A DNA stretch of 64,000 nt. It comes from Vulcanimicrobiota bacterium. GTDB lineage: Bacteria > Vulcanimicrobiota > Xenobia > Xenobiales > JADMJV01. The stretch lies in NCBI GenBank assembly GCA_050250895.1, contig JBFWNU010000001.1, positions 2,660,891 through 2,724,890 on the forward strand, given 5' to 3'. Of the stretch, positions 29,413-38,706 are shown piece after piece. Position 1 is the first letter of the stretch. Every line of letters begins with the position of its first letter. Both the position numbers and the translations under genes were made by a program. The notes beneath the pieces were generated by a model. It did no database searches and was not told the origin of the DNA. It worked only from the letters and a program-made list of their open reading frames with translations.

Positions 29413-30596
29413 TTGTAACCGTAGCCCGGCCAGAAGCACTCTTCCGAGCTGACGTGAGGGATGATGCGCCAGAACGAGCCGGCTTTGGTGGATAGCCAGA
29501 TGATGACGTCGGTGCCGTCGTCGATGGCCACCATGCCACAGGGGTAGTCGGATTGGATCTTACCGTCGGCGTGCTCGGATGGAAGCCAGGCGGAGGCCAC
29601 CGGATCGAAATAGTGGATTTTCTTCGAAGTGATCACCACCACTTCGTCTCCGTCGGGATAGACAGCGATGCCCTCGGGCTTCTTCATCCCCGGGTCTTGA
29701 TAGAGCGTCGGATCCCAGCTGTCAGTGGCGGGGTAGTAGCGGCGGATACCGCGATTCTCGGTGTCGGCCACCCACACTTCCGAGCCATCGGCCACGATGG
29801 CCACGCCTTTGGGATGGTTGAGGGGGGCGGCCGCACACTTCTTCCACGCCAGAGTGTTGGTGTCGAATTCCCACAGCTGGTTGCCAGCGGCGTCGGCCAC
29901 GTAGACATGCTTGAGCAACTCATCGGCGGCGATGCCGGTGATTTCGACTACACCCCCGGGCTTGCGCGGGTCGGTCCAGTTCGCCAGAGGGTTGGTCAGG
30001 TCCAGCGAGCGAAGCCCCTGAGCGTTGGTGTCGACCGCCCACAGCTTGGACATCGTCTTGTCTGCGGCCATATCGCCTGGGCGTCCGCCGGGCATCTGAG
30101 GCGGCGAGGTGAACATCTGGCCGGTGGGGTGGTTCCACAGGCACGGACCCGACTGGTCGGCCAGGCTCACCAGGGCCTTCTTGCCGTTCTGCCAGGCCGC
30201 CGTCCCATAGTAGGGATCATAAGCCTTGCGCAAAGTCTGGACTTTGGTCTTGAAGCCGGACGGGCCGATGATGGTCACTTCGAGCACCCGTAACTCGGGG
30301 TCGGGAGTGCCGTCGCCGTCGAAGTCGCCGGGATTGATCACGTCGACTTCATAGGTATACTCGGAGAACTGACCCGAGAAGCTCGAGGAAGTGGCCGTCA
30401 GCTGATCGAGCGGCATGGCCAGGATCCTCTCCATCGTGCTCTGCTTCAAGAAGTTGGCCACCGACAGCTGGCGGGCGCGACCCGACGAGGAAGTGGCCGA
30501 GGCGAACAGTCCGAGCAAGAAGGAGATGGAAAGGAACGCGATGGACATCGCCACCAGCAGTTCCAGGAACGTCAAGCCTCGCTTGCGTTGTCTCAT
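29409..30596 (-). CDS. PilV-like prepilin fused to an NHL-like beta-propeller
   Basis: KRG|LTFLELL, DFDGDGTPD, repeats P.G.A...(W/Y)VAD. Confidence 0.82.
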   Translation of the reverse strand: MRQRKRGLTFLELLVAMSIAFLSISFLLGLFASATSSSGRARQLSVANFLKQSTMERILAMPLDQLTATSSSFSGQFSEYTYEVDVINPGDFDGDGTPDPELRVLEVTIIGPSGFKTKVQTLRKAYDPYYGTAAWQNGKKALVSLADQSGPCLWNHPTGQMFTSPPQMPGGRPGDMAADKTMSKLWAVDTNAQGLRSLDLTNPLANWTDPRKPGGVVEITGIAADELLKHVYVADAAGNQLWEFDTNTLAWKKCAAAPLNHPKGVAIVADGSEVWVADTENRGIRRYYPATDSWDPTLYQDPGMKKPEGIAVYPDGDEVVVITSKKIHYFDPVASAWLPSEHADGKIQSDYPCGMVAIDDGTDVIIWLSTKAGSFWRIIPHVSSEECFWPGYGYN

Positions 30597-31168
30597 AGCT
30601 TCTTCACCCTAACATCGAGATTAGGAGAGATGTTGACATCGTTGATTTTCAGCGCGACCTGGAGCATCTGCACGCCGAAGGTGGTGGACGGGTCTATGTA
30701 CGAAAGCGAGAAGGACTCGACATTTTGAGCCAGGGTCCTGGTCTCGAGGGGAGTGTGGGTGGTCGCATCGCCCAGGTCGAAACTGGTCGAATAGAGGCTG
30801 CGAATGATTCGTTGGTTCTGGTCATCGTAGCTGAGCCCAACCACGATATCGGCGTTGGTGGCCGCGTTGAAGCGGCGGAAGATGAAAGGCTTGTCGGTAA
30901 CACCGGGAGTGTAGGGGCTGCCCGAAACAAAGGCGGGGAGGGCCGGATCGGGCGCATACATCTTCTGGCACATGCGCAGTTCGCGGCCGACCCACTCGAG
31001 GCTGTTCACCGCTCGTCGAAAGTCCTGCGTCTTTTTGCTGGTCACGGCCTGATTGCGATAGGCCAACACCACGGCATGAGCCACCATGGAGGAGAAGATG
31101 GCCAGCACTCCCGCCACGATGAGAATCTCTATCAGGGTCATGCCCTGTTTGCTACTGGCTGGCGTCAT
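30593..31168 (-). CDS. Minor pilin, PilW/PulJ-like
   Basis: QG|MTLIEILIV, TLAQNVESF. Confidence 0.82.
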   Translation of the reverse strand: MTPASSKQGMTLIEILIVAGVLAIFSSMVAHAVVLAYRNQAVTSKKTQDFRRAVNSLEWVGRELRMCQKMYAPDPALPAFVSGSPYTPGVTDKPFIFRRFNAATNADIVVGLSYDDQNQRIIRSLYSTSFDLGDATTHTPLETRTLAQNVESFSLSYIDPSTTFGVQMLQVALKINDVNISPNLDVRVKKL

Positions 31169-31541
31169 ACAGTTTGGAGAAATCCCCCTGAGGAGCTACC
31201 AGGGTTCTTTCCGACACCGTGTCTCCAGAGGAATTGACCAAAAATCCTTTGGAACGAACGGTGCCATCGGCTTCAACGGTGACTTCGAAACGATCGTGCG
31301 GGTCTCCGGGTGGCATGGAAAACACCTGGGGTGACCCGGGAGTGAACGAACTGGGGCGGGCTCGGTAATATTCGATCCCGGAAATGGCCAAATAATAGGC
31401 CTCGGTAGAATTGTTCTGTTGGCCCGCAAAACGATAGTCTTGCTCGGTAAAGGTGAGAAATGCGAGCCCCAGGACTAACAGGAAGATGGCCAGCAACAGC
31501 GCCGTGATCATTGCGATCCCTCTGCGCTTGTGCTTCTTCAT
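31152..31541 (-). CDS. PilX/GspK-like minor pilin
   Basis: RRG|IAMITAL (no Glu5), AYYLAISGIE, VRSKG. Confidence 0.8.
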   Translation of the reverse strand: MKKHKRRGIAMITALLLAIFLLVLGLAFLTFTEQDYRFAGQQNNSTEAYYLAISGIEYYRARPSSFTPGSPQVFSMPPGDPHDRFEVTVEADGTVRSKGFLVNSSGDTVSERTLVAPQGDFSKLYDASQ

Positions 31542-32632
31542 CCCCCGAATTTACCTAGAATAGAGTAAATCGGTAGAAACAGCCCCACGCATGTTGCACC
31601 CATCACAATTCCCATGATAGCAATCATGATCGGTTCCAGCAAGTTAACTGCCTGAGAAAGTTGCAAATCGTTCTGTAATTGGATAAACTGGCAAGTTTGC
31701 TGGAGCGACTCGGACATCTGGCCGACCTGCTCGCCGACCAGTAACATCGACTCGACGATCGGCGGGAAATAAGGGATTGCCGAGATCGCCTCGGAGAGCG
31801 AGCCCAGCTCGTACAGGCGTGCACTCACCTCGGCGATATCTTTGCGATAAGTCTTGAACGGGGCGGTGGCCTCGAGCATATCGAGGCCTCGAGTGATGGC
31901 GATACCGTCGCGATGGATGGCCGCCATCACGTCGAGGAAATCGACGCACAGGATGTTGCCGATGAGCTTGCGGCTCCACTTGACCTCGAGGGCCCGGTCG
32001 AACAGAACCTCACGAACCTCGCTCCAGAAGATAAAGGTGAGCAGCGCCGACAAAATGAGGAGCACCAGCGTCCAGGGACTGTTGATGACGTGGATGCCGG
32101 CGATCACGACTTTCGAGATGATGGGCAGCTCGATCTGCATGGAATCGTACAGTCCGACGAACTTGGGCAACACCATGCGAGAGAGCCCCAGGGTCACCAG
32201 AATACAGGCGCTGGCGTTGATCATCGGCCCGGTCAGGGCGCTCTTGACCTGGCCGACCAGGTGCTGCTTGCGATCGAGTAGCTCGGAGGCCCGCCACAGT
32301 CGGGCCGCGAAGTCCCCGCTCTCTTCGCCGGCCCGAAACATCAGCAGGGTCCCGTCGGTAAAGATCTGCGGATGGCGGGATGCAGCGCTGGAGAAGGACC
32401 AGCCTTTACGAATGACATGCTCGGCGATATCATCAAAGACCTCACGCAAGCGCGGGTGCTCGGTTTCGGTGCCGAGGATGTGCAGCGCCTCGGGGAAGGC
32501 GATACCGGTAGAAAGCATCAGCGAAAGCTGCTGCAACGCGCCCGAGACATCCGTCCGGTTGGGATTACCGTTCAGACGCCGACGCAGTTCGCGTAATCGG
32601 CCCCGCACCCGCTCCTTGAGGTCCTTTGACAA
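31538..32632 (-). CDS. pilC: Type II secretion F-family/PilC platform protein
   Basis: QLSLMLSTGI, AGEESG, VKSALTGP, VGEQVG, LLEP, FLPIY. Confidence 0.88.
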   Translation of the reverse strand: MSKDLKERVRGRLRELRRRLNGNPNRTDVSGALQQLSLMLSTGIAFPEALHILGTETEHPRLREVFDDIAEHVIRKGWSFSSAASRHPQIFTDGTLLMFRAGEESGDFAARLWRASELLDRKQHLVGQVKSALTGPMINASACILVTLGLSRMVLPKFVGLYDSMQIELPIISKVVIAGIHVINSPWTLVLLILSALLTFIFWSEVREVLFDRALEVKWSRKLIGNILCVDFLDVMAAIHRDGIAITRGLDMLEATAPFKTYRKDIAEVSARLYELGSLSEAISAIPYFPPIVESMLLVGEQVGQMSESLQQTCQFIQLQNDLQLSQAVNLLEPIMIAIMGIVMGATCVGLFLPIYSILGKFGG

Positions 32633-32727
32633 ATCCCCTCCGACCTTCTTAGTTCTACCAGAGCCGGGATTCCCCTCGCGTGACGAAAGTTACCGAACTA
32701 GACGGCCCAGCTAGCTATATTGGGCCT

Positions 32728-33369
32728 ATGAAGATAACCGGCTTTCCTCTCAACGCAAACGCCTACCGGCCCGACCAGTTAACCATCACCAGCCATGAGG
32801 CGCCTTCAGACAGCGTGTTCCTCGGCTTTACCACCGTCACCCACGAGGACGAAGGGCTGCTGATGCGCCAGGCCACCCTCAAGAACGGCCTGGAGTTGAC
32901 TGAACAGGTCGCCAGCGGCAAGGTAACGGTAGCCCAGGGCGACGAGACGGTGGCTGAATTTGCGGCCAGCAAGTTGCGCCTGCCTCAGGAGAATCGTAAC
33001 TACCTGGTGGTCGAAAACAACGACCTCGAACAGAGGGTCTTCCACAATGGAGGTATTCTCTTGGTCGATCACGCTCAAGTCGGCCACCATCTGGATACCC
33101 CGCCGCGCCATCTTCCTCGCGGTTTTCAGGCCGACCAGTATCTGGTCACGGCCAAAGGGGCCGTGGTCGGTCAGCAGTACGCTCGTAAGGATGCCCGTTT
33201 CTCTTTGCGCAGTCCTCAGTTCGTGACCGCCTGGTTGACCTCCGACGGTAGCGTGCAAGTTCCGAAGTTGGGCGCCAATTTGACCGACTGGAAGACGCTC
33301 AAGCCTTTTGTCACCAACCGTCAACTGGTGCGCACCAAAACCACCGAGGCCAGTGAGTTGACGGTGTAG
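32728..33369 (+). CDS. Hypothetical protein
   Basis: TATATT-N6-ATG start, PSDSVFLG low-complexity N-terminus; 3' end overlaps the convergent gene. Confidence 0.65.
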   Translation: MKITGFPLNANAYRPDQLTITSHEAPSDSVFLGFTTVTHEDEGLLMRQATLKNGLELTEQVASGKVTVAQGDETVAEFAASKLRLPQENRNYLVVENNDLEQRVFHNGGILLVDHAQVGHHLDTPPRHLPRGFQADQYLVTAKGAVVGQQYARKDARFSLRSPQFVTAWLTSDGSVQVPKLGANLTDWKTLKPFVTNRQLVRTKTTEASELTV

Positions 33370-34823
33370 AGGTCCGTGCGGCGGTCGCGCAGGTGGCGCA
33401 CGCTGCCCATTTCGCGGGCCTGGGTCAACGCCTCGAGGTCGAGATCGCTGATGACCACCGTCTCGCTGTCGAACTCGGCTGCCGCGGCCACACCGTCTTT
33501 GGGAAAGGCAAAGTCGCAGGGGGTGCAGACCATGGCTTCGGCATAGTTGCCCACGTTGCCGGCCAGCACGGTATAGACCTCGTTCTCGACCGCTCTCGCC
33601 TGACCCGAGTAGCGAATCCGAAGATAGGCCTTGCGTTCATCGGTACGGAACGGCACGAACAGGATCTCCGCTCCGGCCAGGGTGAGCAGCCTGGCAAGTT
33701 CGGGAAATTCGACATCGTAGCCGACCAGCATGGCCACGCGTCCGTAACCGGTCTCGAAGACCCGCAGTTCACGCCCGGGCGTCAGGCCGTCATGCTGACG
33801 TTCGCGGGGGGTGAGATGCAGTTTCTCTTGGAGGCAGACTTCGCCGCCGGGCGTGAACAGGTGAGCCACGTTATAGAGGCGGCCTTCTTCGGCCACCGGA
33901 AAGCTGCCCGCCAGGATAAACAAGCCCGAGGCCAACGCGGACTGACGAAACAGCTTGAGGTAGTCAGGTCGGGATTCGGCCAGTTTGCCGACGGTGGCCG
34001 GCTCGGAAAGGCCCATCCCGAACAGTTCTGGAAAGACCAGAAAGTGGCAATGATAGCGTTCGGCCGTGGCCACGAAGAAGTTGACCTGCCCAACCACATA
34101 CTGCCATGAGGCCACCGCACCGACCTGAAACTGGGCCACACACACCCTGACCTTGCGCACCGGACGCGTGAGAGGAGCGGCGGCGATGCGTCTGCGTTCG
34201 GGCCGGAAGAACGGGTTCTCGTATTCGAGAAAGGTGGCGTAGTCGAGACTCTGCTCGTCGTGGAGATAGCCCATTTGCACGCCTTTGACCTGATAGCCGG
34301 CCTTGAGGTGGGCATTGAGCGACGAGTCCGAGAGCCGACCCGCCAGCACTTCGGCCACATACTCTTCAGGACTCAGACGTCCCGCCTGGCTCTTGTAGCC
34401 GGGGATGCGACCACCTGCGACCATGCGGCGAAGATTCAGGCGGCGCACCAGTTGCTTGCGAGCCTCGTAGAGTTTGCCAGCCACCCCTTCGCCCCGATGT
34501 CCCGGATGGACCGCGATGTCGGCGCCGTAGAGAGTATCCCCGCTGGGGTCGTGGGTGGTGAACGTTCCCCCGCCCGTGATCTCCTGGTAGGAGTACCAGG
34601 GCGAGTCGGCATCCAGGCTGACGATGAGCGAGGTTGCATAGCCCACCACCTCGTCGCCGCGAGTGGCTACCAGGATTCCGTCGGGAAAGGTCTCGAACTG
34701 CATCCGCAAGAGACGCTCGTCACACAGCGCGCTGGCCGGAAGCCCGGCATAGGCGGCTGCCTGGCAGGCGTAGATCGAGGGAATATCCCGCTCGTTGGCG
34801 CGCCGTACTCTGAGTCTGCTCAC
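33321..34823 (-). CDS. GNAT N-acetyltransferase fused to a carbon-nitrogen hydrolase domain
   Basis: VHPGHRGEGVA, GGRIPGY, FPE, QEKLH, YDVEFPE, ARAVENE. Confidence 0.88.
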   Translation of the reverse strand: MSRLRVRRANERDIPSIYACQAAAYAGLPASALCDERLLRMQFETFPDGILVATRGDEVVGYATSLIVSLDADSPWYSYQEITGGGTFTTHDPSGDTLYGADIAVHPGHRGEGVAGKLYEARKQLVRRLNLRRMVAGGRIPGYKSQAGRLSPEEYVAEVLAGRLSDSSLNAHLKAGYQVKGVQMGYLHDEQSLDYATFLEYENPFFRPERRRIAAAPLTRPVRKVRVCVAQFQVGAVASWQYVVGQVNFFVATAERYHCHFLVFPELFGMGLSEPATVGKLAESRPDYLKLFRQSALASGLFILAGSFPVAEEGRLYNVAHLFTPGGEVCLQEKLHLTPRERQHDGLTPGRELRVFETGYGRVAMLVGYDVEFPELARLLTLAGAEILFVPFRTDERKAYLRIRYSGQARAVENEVYTVLAGNVGNYAEAMVCTPCDFAFPKDGVAAAAEFDSETVVISDLDLEALTQAREMGSVRHLRDRRTDLYTVNSLASVVLVRTS

Positions 34824-34900
34824 TCCGTTGGCTTCGGCTCACGGGCACACCTCGCCCTGCAATTCAGGGCTCTTTGAGGGTCGCGGGCTAGGCTCGAGGC

Positions 34901-36691
34901 ATGCTAATAGGACCCGTGCGCCCAAATACCCGCGTTTCCCACCCTGCTACCCCGGCCAGGGCCGAGGCGAGCTCAGCCCCCCAGGATCAAGTGTCGGTGA
35001 GCCATTCCGGGGCCCGGCCCTGGGACGAGCTACGCAAGGCCGGCCTGATGAGTTCCTTGTCGGGCCTGAGCGGCAATCTGGGTGGAGCCCTCTCGGCAGC
35101 CACCCGCCAGGGTCTGCTTGAGACGTTCGAGCGTCTGCAGGACCAGGGCGTGACTTTCCAATACCGGCGCAAGTTTTATATTCCATTTCTGCAAGACAAG
35201 TTCAAGCAGGTGACCCCCGAGGCTGCCGTGGGATGGCTCGAAAAGCAAAAGGGTGAGGGCTATATCGAGCGTCTCCAGGTGACCGAGAAGGGTGGCCACA
35301 GCTGGCCCGTGCGTCGCCTCGACGAACTCGAGGCGCTCGACGTGGTGGGCGGCGGCACGGCCCCTTCGGCCGAGCAAAAGACCCGGCTCGAGGTGCTCGA
35401 TAGCCTCACCTCCCAGGGCTTTAGCTATTCTCCCGGTGGCTACTACTATGACGAAAAAGTTCCCAAGCTCGATCGGGCTCAGTTGCTGGCGCGGTTGAGT
35501 CGCACCAACCCGGAGTTCACGGTCAAGAAGGAGCAACTCAGCTTTGGGGTCGGTTCCAGCGAGACGTTGCTGGCTATCGAATACTACCACGGCGACCACA
35601 GTGATCGGGGACTGGCCAATCCCCAACGAGCCAAGCTGCTGGCCGAACTCGACCAGCGCGGTCTGCGCGTCGGCGACCGCGACGATAATCTGGTGGCCAA
35701 CTACCTCAGTGACACCGCCGTGATGTGGGTGCGTCGCCCCGACGGGCCCCCCATCGCGGTCGACCTCAACAAGAACCCCAATCCCGACAAGGTGGTGGGC
35801 GAACTCGATACCTATGCCAAGCGCTACCAACGGTTTTTGCAGCCTGCCCTGGAACGTTGCGGGATCAGCAGCGAGTATGTCCCGCAAGAGGTGAAGGCCG
35901 AAGACGGGCCCCACTCCCCCGAGTTTCGCATGGCCCTCTACAGCGAGTTGCTGGGGGCCACGGTCGACTCGGGCGTGCGCGGCTATGACGCCAACAAACC
36001 CGCTAGCGACCTCTATCGCACTTTGATCTCGAGCAGCGAATCGACCTACGACGTGGCCAAGATGGCCAGGCTGATCCTGCCGGCCCTGCAACAGAAGGGC
36101 CCCAACGCGGCTCGGTCGGTGCTCAACCGCACCACCGAAAAGATGGCCAACATGGCCGCCCCCGGCGGCGATCGCAAGACCCTCAGCGACATCTTCTTTG
36201 AACTGCACGACTCGGTGCCCACCATCAGCGCCTGCATGGAGGGGATCGACCTGGTTCGCATCTCGGTGGACGATACCAGCCTCGAGGACCGCATCGCTCT
36301 CTTCAGAGCCATCGGCAACCGGGAATCGGCCGACACCCTGGGCGACGCCGCCGCCCACTACCGGGCGGTGCTGGTGCACAAAGCTCCCAAAGAGAGCCTG
36401 CTCAAAGCCGGTCAGCGCTTCCAGAAGCTTTTAGTGGGCCTGTCCATCGGCCGCAACCAGGGCCGAGCCGTCGAGATCTTCGCCGCCCTGCAGAAGGGCA
36501 TAGCCTCGGGTGACTACACTTCGGACAAGGCCGATCAAGTGCTCAACGAGTTCCTCGGCCATCTGACCGTCGCCAAGACCTTGGAGGAGGCCCTGGCCAC
36601 GGCTCAATTCGCCGGTCACCTCGACGCCGAGCTGACCCTGGACGAGGACACCCTGGTGGTGGGCGGCTTCGAAGTCCCCCGGGCTGACTAG
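34901..36691 (+). CDS. Large hypothetical protein
   Basis: 596-aa ORF, Pro/Ala-rich N-terminus with DQVSVS, conserved C-terminal motif. Confidence 0.8.
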   Translation: MLIGPVRPNTRVSHPATPARAEASSAPQDQVSVSHSGARPWDELRKAGLMSSLSGLSGNLGGALSAATRQGLLETFERLQDQGVTFQYRRKFYIPFLQDKFKQVTPEAAVGWLEKQKGEGYIERLQVTEKGGHSWPVRRLDELEALDVVGGGTAPSAEQKTRLEVLDSLTSQGFSYSPGGYYYDEKVPKLDRAQLLARLSRTNPEFTVKKEQLSFGVGSSETLLAIEYYHGDHSDRGLANPQRAKLLAELDQRGLRVGDRDDNLVANYLSDTAVMWVRRPDGPPIAVDLNKNPNPDKVVGELDTYAKRYQRFLQPALERCGISSEYVPQEVKAEDGPHSPEFRMALYSELLGATVDSGVRGYDANKPASDLYRTLISSSESTYDVAKMARLILPALQQKGPNAARSVLNRTTEKMANMAAPGGDRKTLSDIFFELHDSVPTISACMEGIDLVRISVDDTSLEDRIALFRAIGNRESADTLGDAAAHYRAVLVHKAPKESLLKAGQRFQKLLVGLSIGRNQGRAVEIFAALQKGIASGDYTSDKADQVLNEFLGHLTVAKTLEEALATAQFAGHLDAELTLDEDTLVVGGFEVPRAD

Positions 36692-36910
36692 CAGGGAGCG
36701 CGCTCGCTCCGGGTAAGGAGCGACCCTGCGGGTCGGGAGAAGGAGCTCTTGCTTCGCTCGAGGGAAAAGGATCGGCCCTTTGGGCCGGGAGAAGGAGCGG
36801 CCTTCTCCCCGCGTAGCGGCTCCTCGTCGACGCAGCGTCGAAATCTCAGCCGCAGGCTGCTCCCTGTCGACGCGTAGCGTCGAGATCTCCGCGCGAAGCC
36901 ACCGCTCCCC
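36692..36910. repeat. REP-like GGAG-tagged hairpin array between convergent genes
   Basis: Left half GGAG-hairpin-GGAGAA units on +, right half the same grammar on -. Confidence 0.75.
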
Positions 36911-37696
36911 TCAAGAGCCGTGGAGGCGATCTAGCAGCAGTTCGGCGGTCTCTTCGGCTTCGCCGCGGGGGCCCTTCCAGCACCTTGCTCCCTGGGCCAC
37001 CACCGGTAAAAAGCGCATGGCCCGCAGCGGCTCGAGTTGGGCCGAGACGGTGTTGGAGAACATCTCGAGGGTGGCCTGGCCGGCGCTGATCTCTTCGGGG
37101 TCCCAGCGGGCTTGCGCTTTATACTCCGTCGAGACCACCGCGGCTACCCTGGCCGGCCCCAGCCCGCTGTGCCAACCCAGCTGGCTGGGTGGAGTAAGGC
37201 GGTTGGGTTGACCCGGGTCTCGCTCTGAAAGGGGACGAGGGAAAGGCGTGACCAGGCCCTGGCTGTCGATCACGGCGTACTCGTCCGAGTAGTAGGCGCA
37301 GCCCTTTTCGACCAGCTTGCGCGTCAGGGTCGACTTGCCGGCGAAACTGCGCCCCGGCAGGATGATCACTCCGCTGGGGCCGAGCACCACTCCGGCGTGC
37401 ACGAAGACCAGGTCGGGGGCATAGGAGGCGATGTCGATGTGCACCAGCTGGCGCAGGCTATCCGCCGTCGAGTCGTGGGTGTTCCAGGGGCGGGGCCGCT
37501 CATCGTCGTGCTCGATGACGATGGTGTCTTCTTCTTGAACCAGGCGAAATTCCGTGTCGAATTCCTCGCCGCCCTGGGCCCAGCCGGGCAGGATCACCTG
37601 GTCGACGAACTCCTCGAACTCCTCGACGTTCCACAAGAACCGCACCCTGTAGCCAAAGGCCTCGACCACTTTCTTGCCGACCCAGCCGTTTTTCAC
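36911..37696 (-). CDS. HPr-kinase-related P-loop protein
   Basis: FVHAGVV, PGRSFAGKSTL, YYSDEYAV, PFPRPL. Confidence 0.78.
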   Translation of the reverse strand: MKNGWVGKKVVEAFGYRVRFLWNVEEFEEFVDQVILPGWAQGGEEFDTEFRLVQEEDTIVIEHDDERPRPWNTHDSTADSLRQLVHIDIASYAPDLVFVHAGVVLGPSGVIILPGRSFAGKSTLTRKLVEKGCAYYSDEYAVIDSQGLVTPFPRPLSERDPGQPNRLTPPSQLGWHSGLGPARVAAVVSTEYKAQARWDPEEISAGQATLEMFSNTVSAQLEPLRAMRFLPVVAQGARCWKGPRGEAEETAELLLDRLHGS

Positions 37697-37719
37697 GCCC
37701 GCGCCTTCGCGGCCAATAC

Positions 37720-37749
37720 AAAAAGTCCCCGGCCGAGCGGGGACTTTTT
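37720..37749. terminator. Intrinsic terminator (bidirectional form) after the CHAP gene
   Basis: AAAAAGTCCCCG-gccgag-CGGGGACTTTTT. Confidence 0.85.
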
Positions 37750-37762
37750 GGCGGAGACAAGC

Positions 37763-38575
37763 CTACTTCTTCTTGCCCGTGATGACGTAGCCGTCGATTT
37801 TCGAGCTGCCCAGGTCGTAGACATTCTTCTTGACGCTGTCGCTCGAGTTGCCTTCGATGGTGTAGACCTTGCCGTTGGCGACCTTCTCGACGATGCCGAT
37901 GTGGTCCGAGGTTCCGTCCTTTTCCCAGTCGAACAGGATGGCGTCGCCGGGTTTGGGAGTGTACTGGCCGTTGCCGCCCCAGATGCCCTTGCCGTTAGCC
38001 CAGCTTTTGATGGTCGGGCAGTAGTTGGGATTGCTCAGGCCCGAGGTGTCGAGCACGCCGTGATCTTTGAGCATGTTCATGGCGAAGGCCGCGCACCAGG
38101 GAGTGGTGGCCGGGTTGATGCCGCTCTTGCCGGTGACCGACTGGATCGCCGCCGTGTCGCGATTCTCGTTGAGGCCCACCATCGAGTTGGCCTTGGCCAG
38201 CATACCGTCGACCCCGGGAGCGACCGGGCCGGTGGGAATGGGCGCTCCACCACCACCACCGCCACCGCCTCCGCCAGCGCCGGTACTGCCGCCGAGGAAG
38301 TTGTTGGCCGCCGAGCCGAAGCCACCCGCGGGGCTACCGCCCCCGCCGCCGGCGTCGCCAAAACCGGGGTATGCGCCCGGCGAGAATCCGCCGCCGCCCT
38401 GGCCGTGGTTGCCGCCCATCAGTTGGCCGAGCATGCCGCCCATGAGGATACCCATCAACAGTTCGAGCACCATCGACAGTAGCGACCCGACGCCGTTCAT
38501 GATACCGCCGAAGAAGCCGCCGATACCACCCATGCCGAACATGCCGCCTTGATTATTGTTACCGATGAAGTTCAT
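37763..38575 (-). CDS. CHAP-domain peptidoglycan hydrolase with Gly/Met-rich N-terminus
   Basis: PWCAAF, PKPGDAILF, DHIGIV, TIEGN; GGAGG RBS. Confidence 0.88.
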   Translation of the reverse strand: MNFIGNNNQGGMFGMGGIGGFFGGIMNGVGSLLSMVLELLMGILMGGMLGQLMGGNHGQGGGGFSPGAYPGFGDAGGGGGSPAGGFGSAANNFLGGSTGAGGGGGGGGGGAPIPTGPVAPGVDGMLAKANSMVGLNENRDTAAIQSVTGKSGINPATTPWCAAFAMNMLKDHGVLDTSGLSNPNYCPTIKSWANGKGIWGGNGQYTPKPGDAILFDWEKDGTSDHIGIVEKVANGKVYTIEGNSSDSVKKNVYDLGSSKIDGYVITGKKK

Positions 38576-38706
38576 TGGTTGGATCAACCTCCATTGTTAG
38601 ATCGTCTTGGTCTGAGAATAGGAAAAGACGATAGTCAGGAGGCTGGAATCGGCTGGAGAATCTTAACTTTTTGTAAATATTTGCCCGGGTGGGCGGGTGA
38701 CAGGCT

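Noticed and set aside
35030-36379. Long antisense ORFs (e.g. 35030-36379, 11591-12892, 54679-55992, 62109-63416)
   Set aside because: Shadow ORFs expected from high GC3 codon bias opposite well-supported genes.
38245-38350. CCA/CCG triplet run as a microsatellite or contingency locus
   Set aside because: Mixed codons encoding the poly-Gly linker of the CHAP protein.
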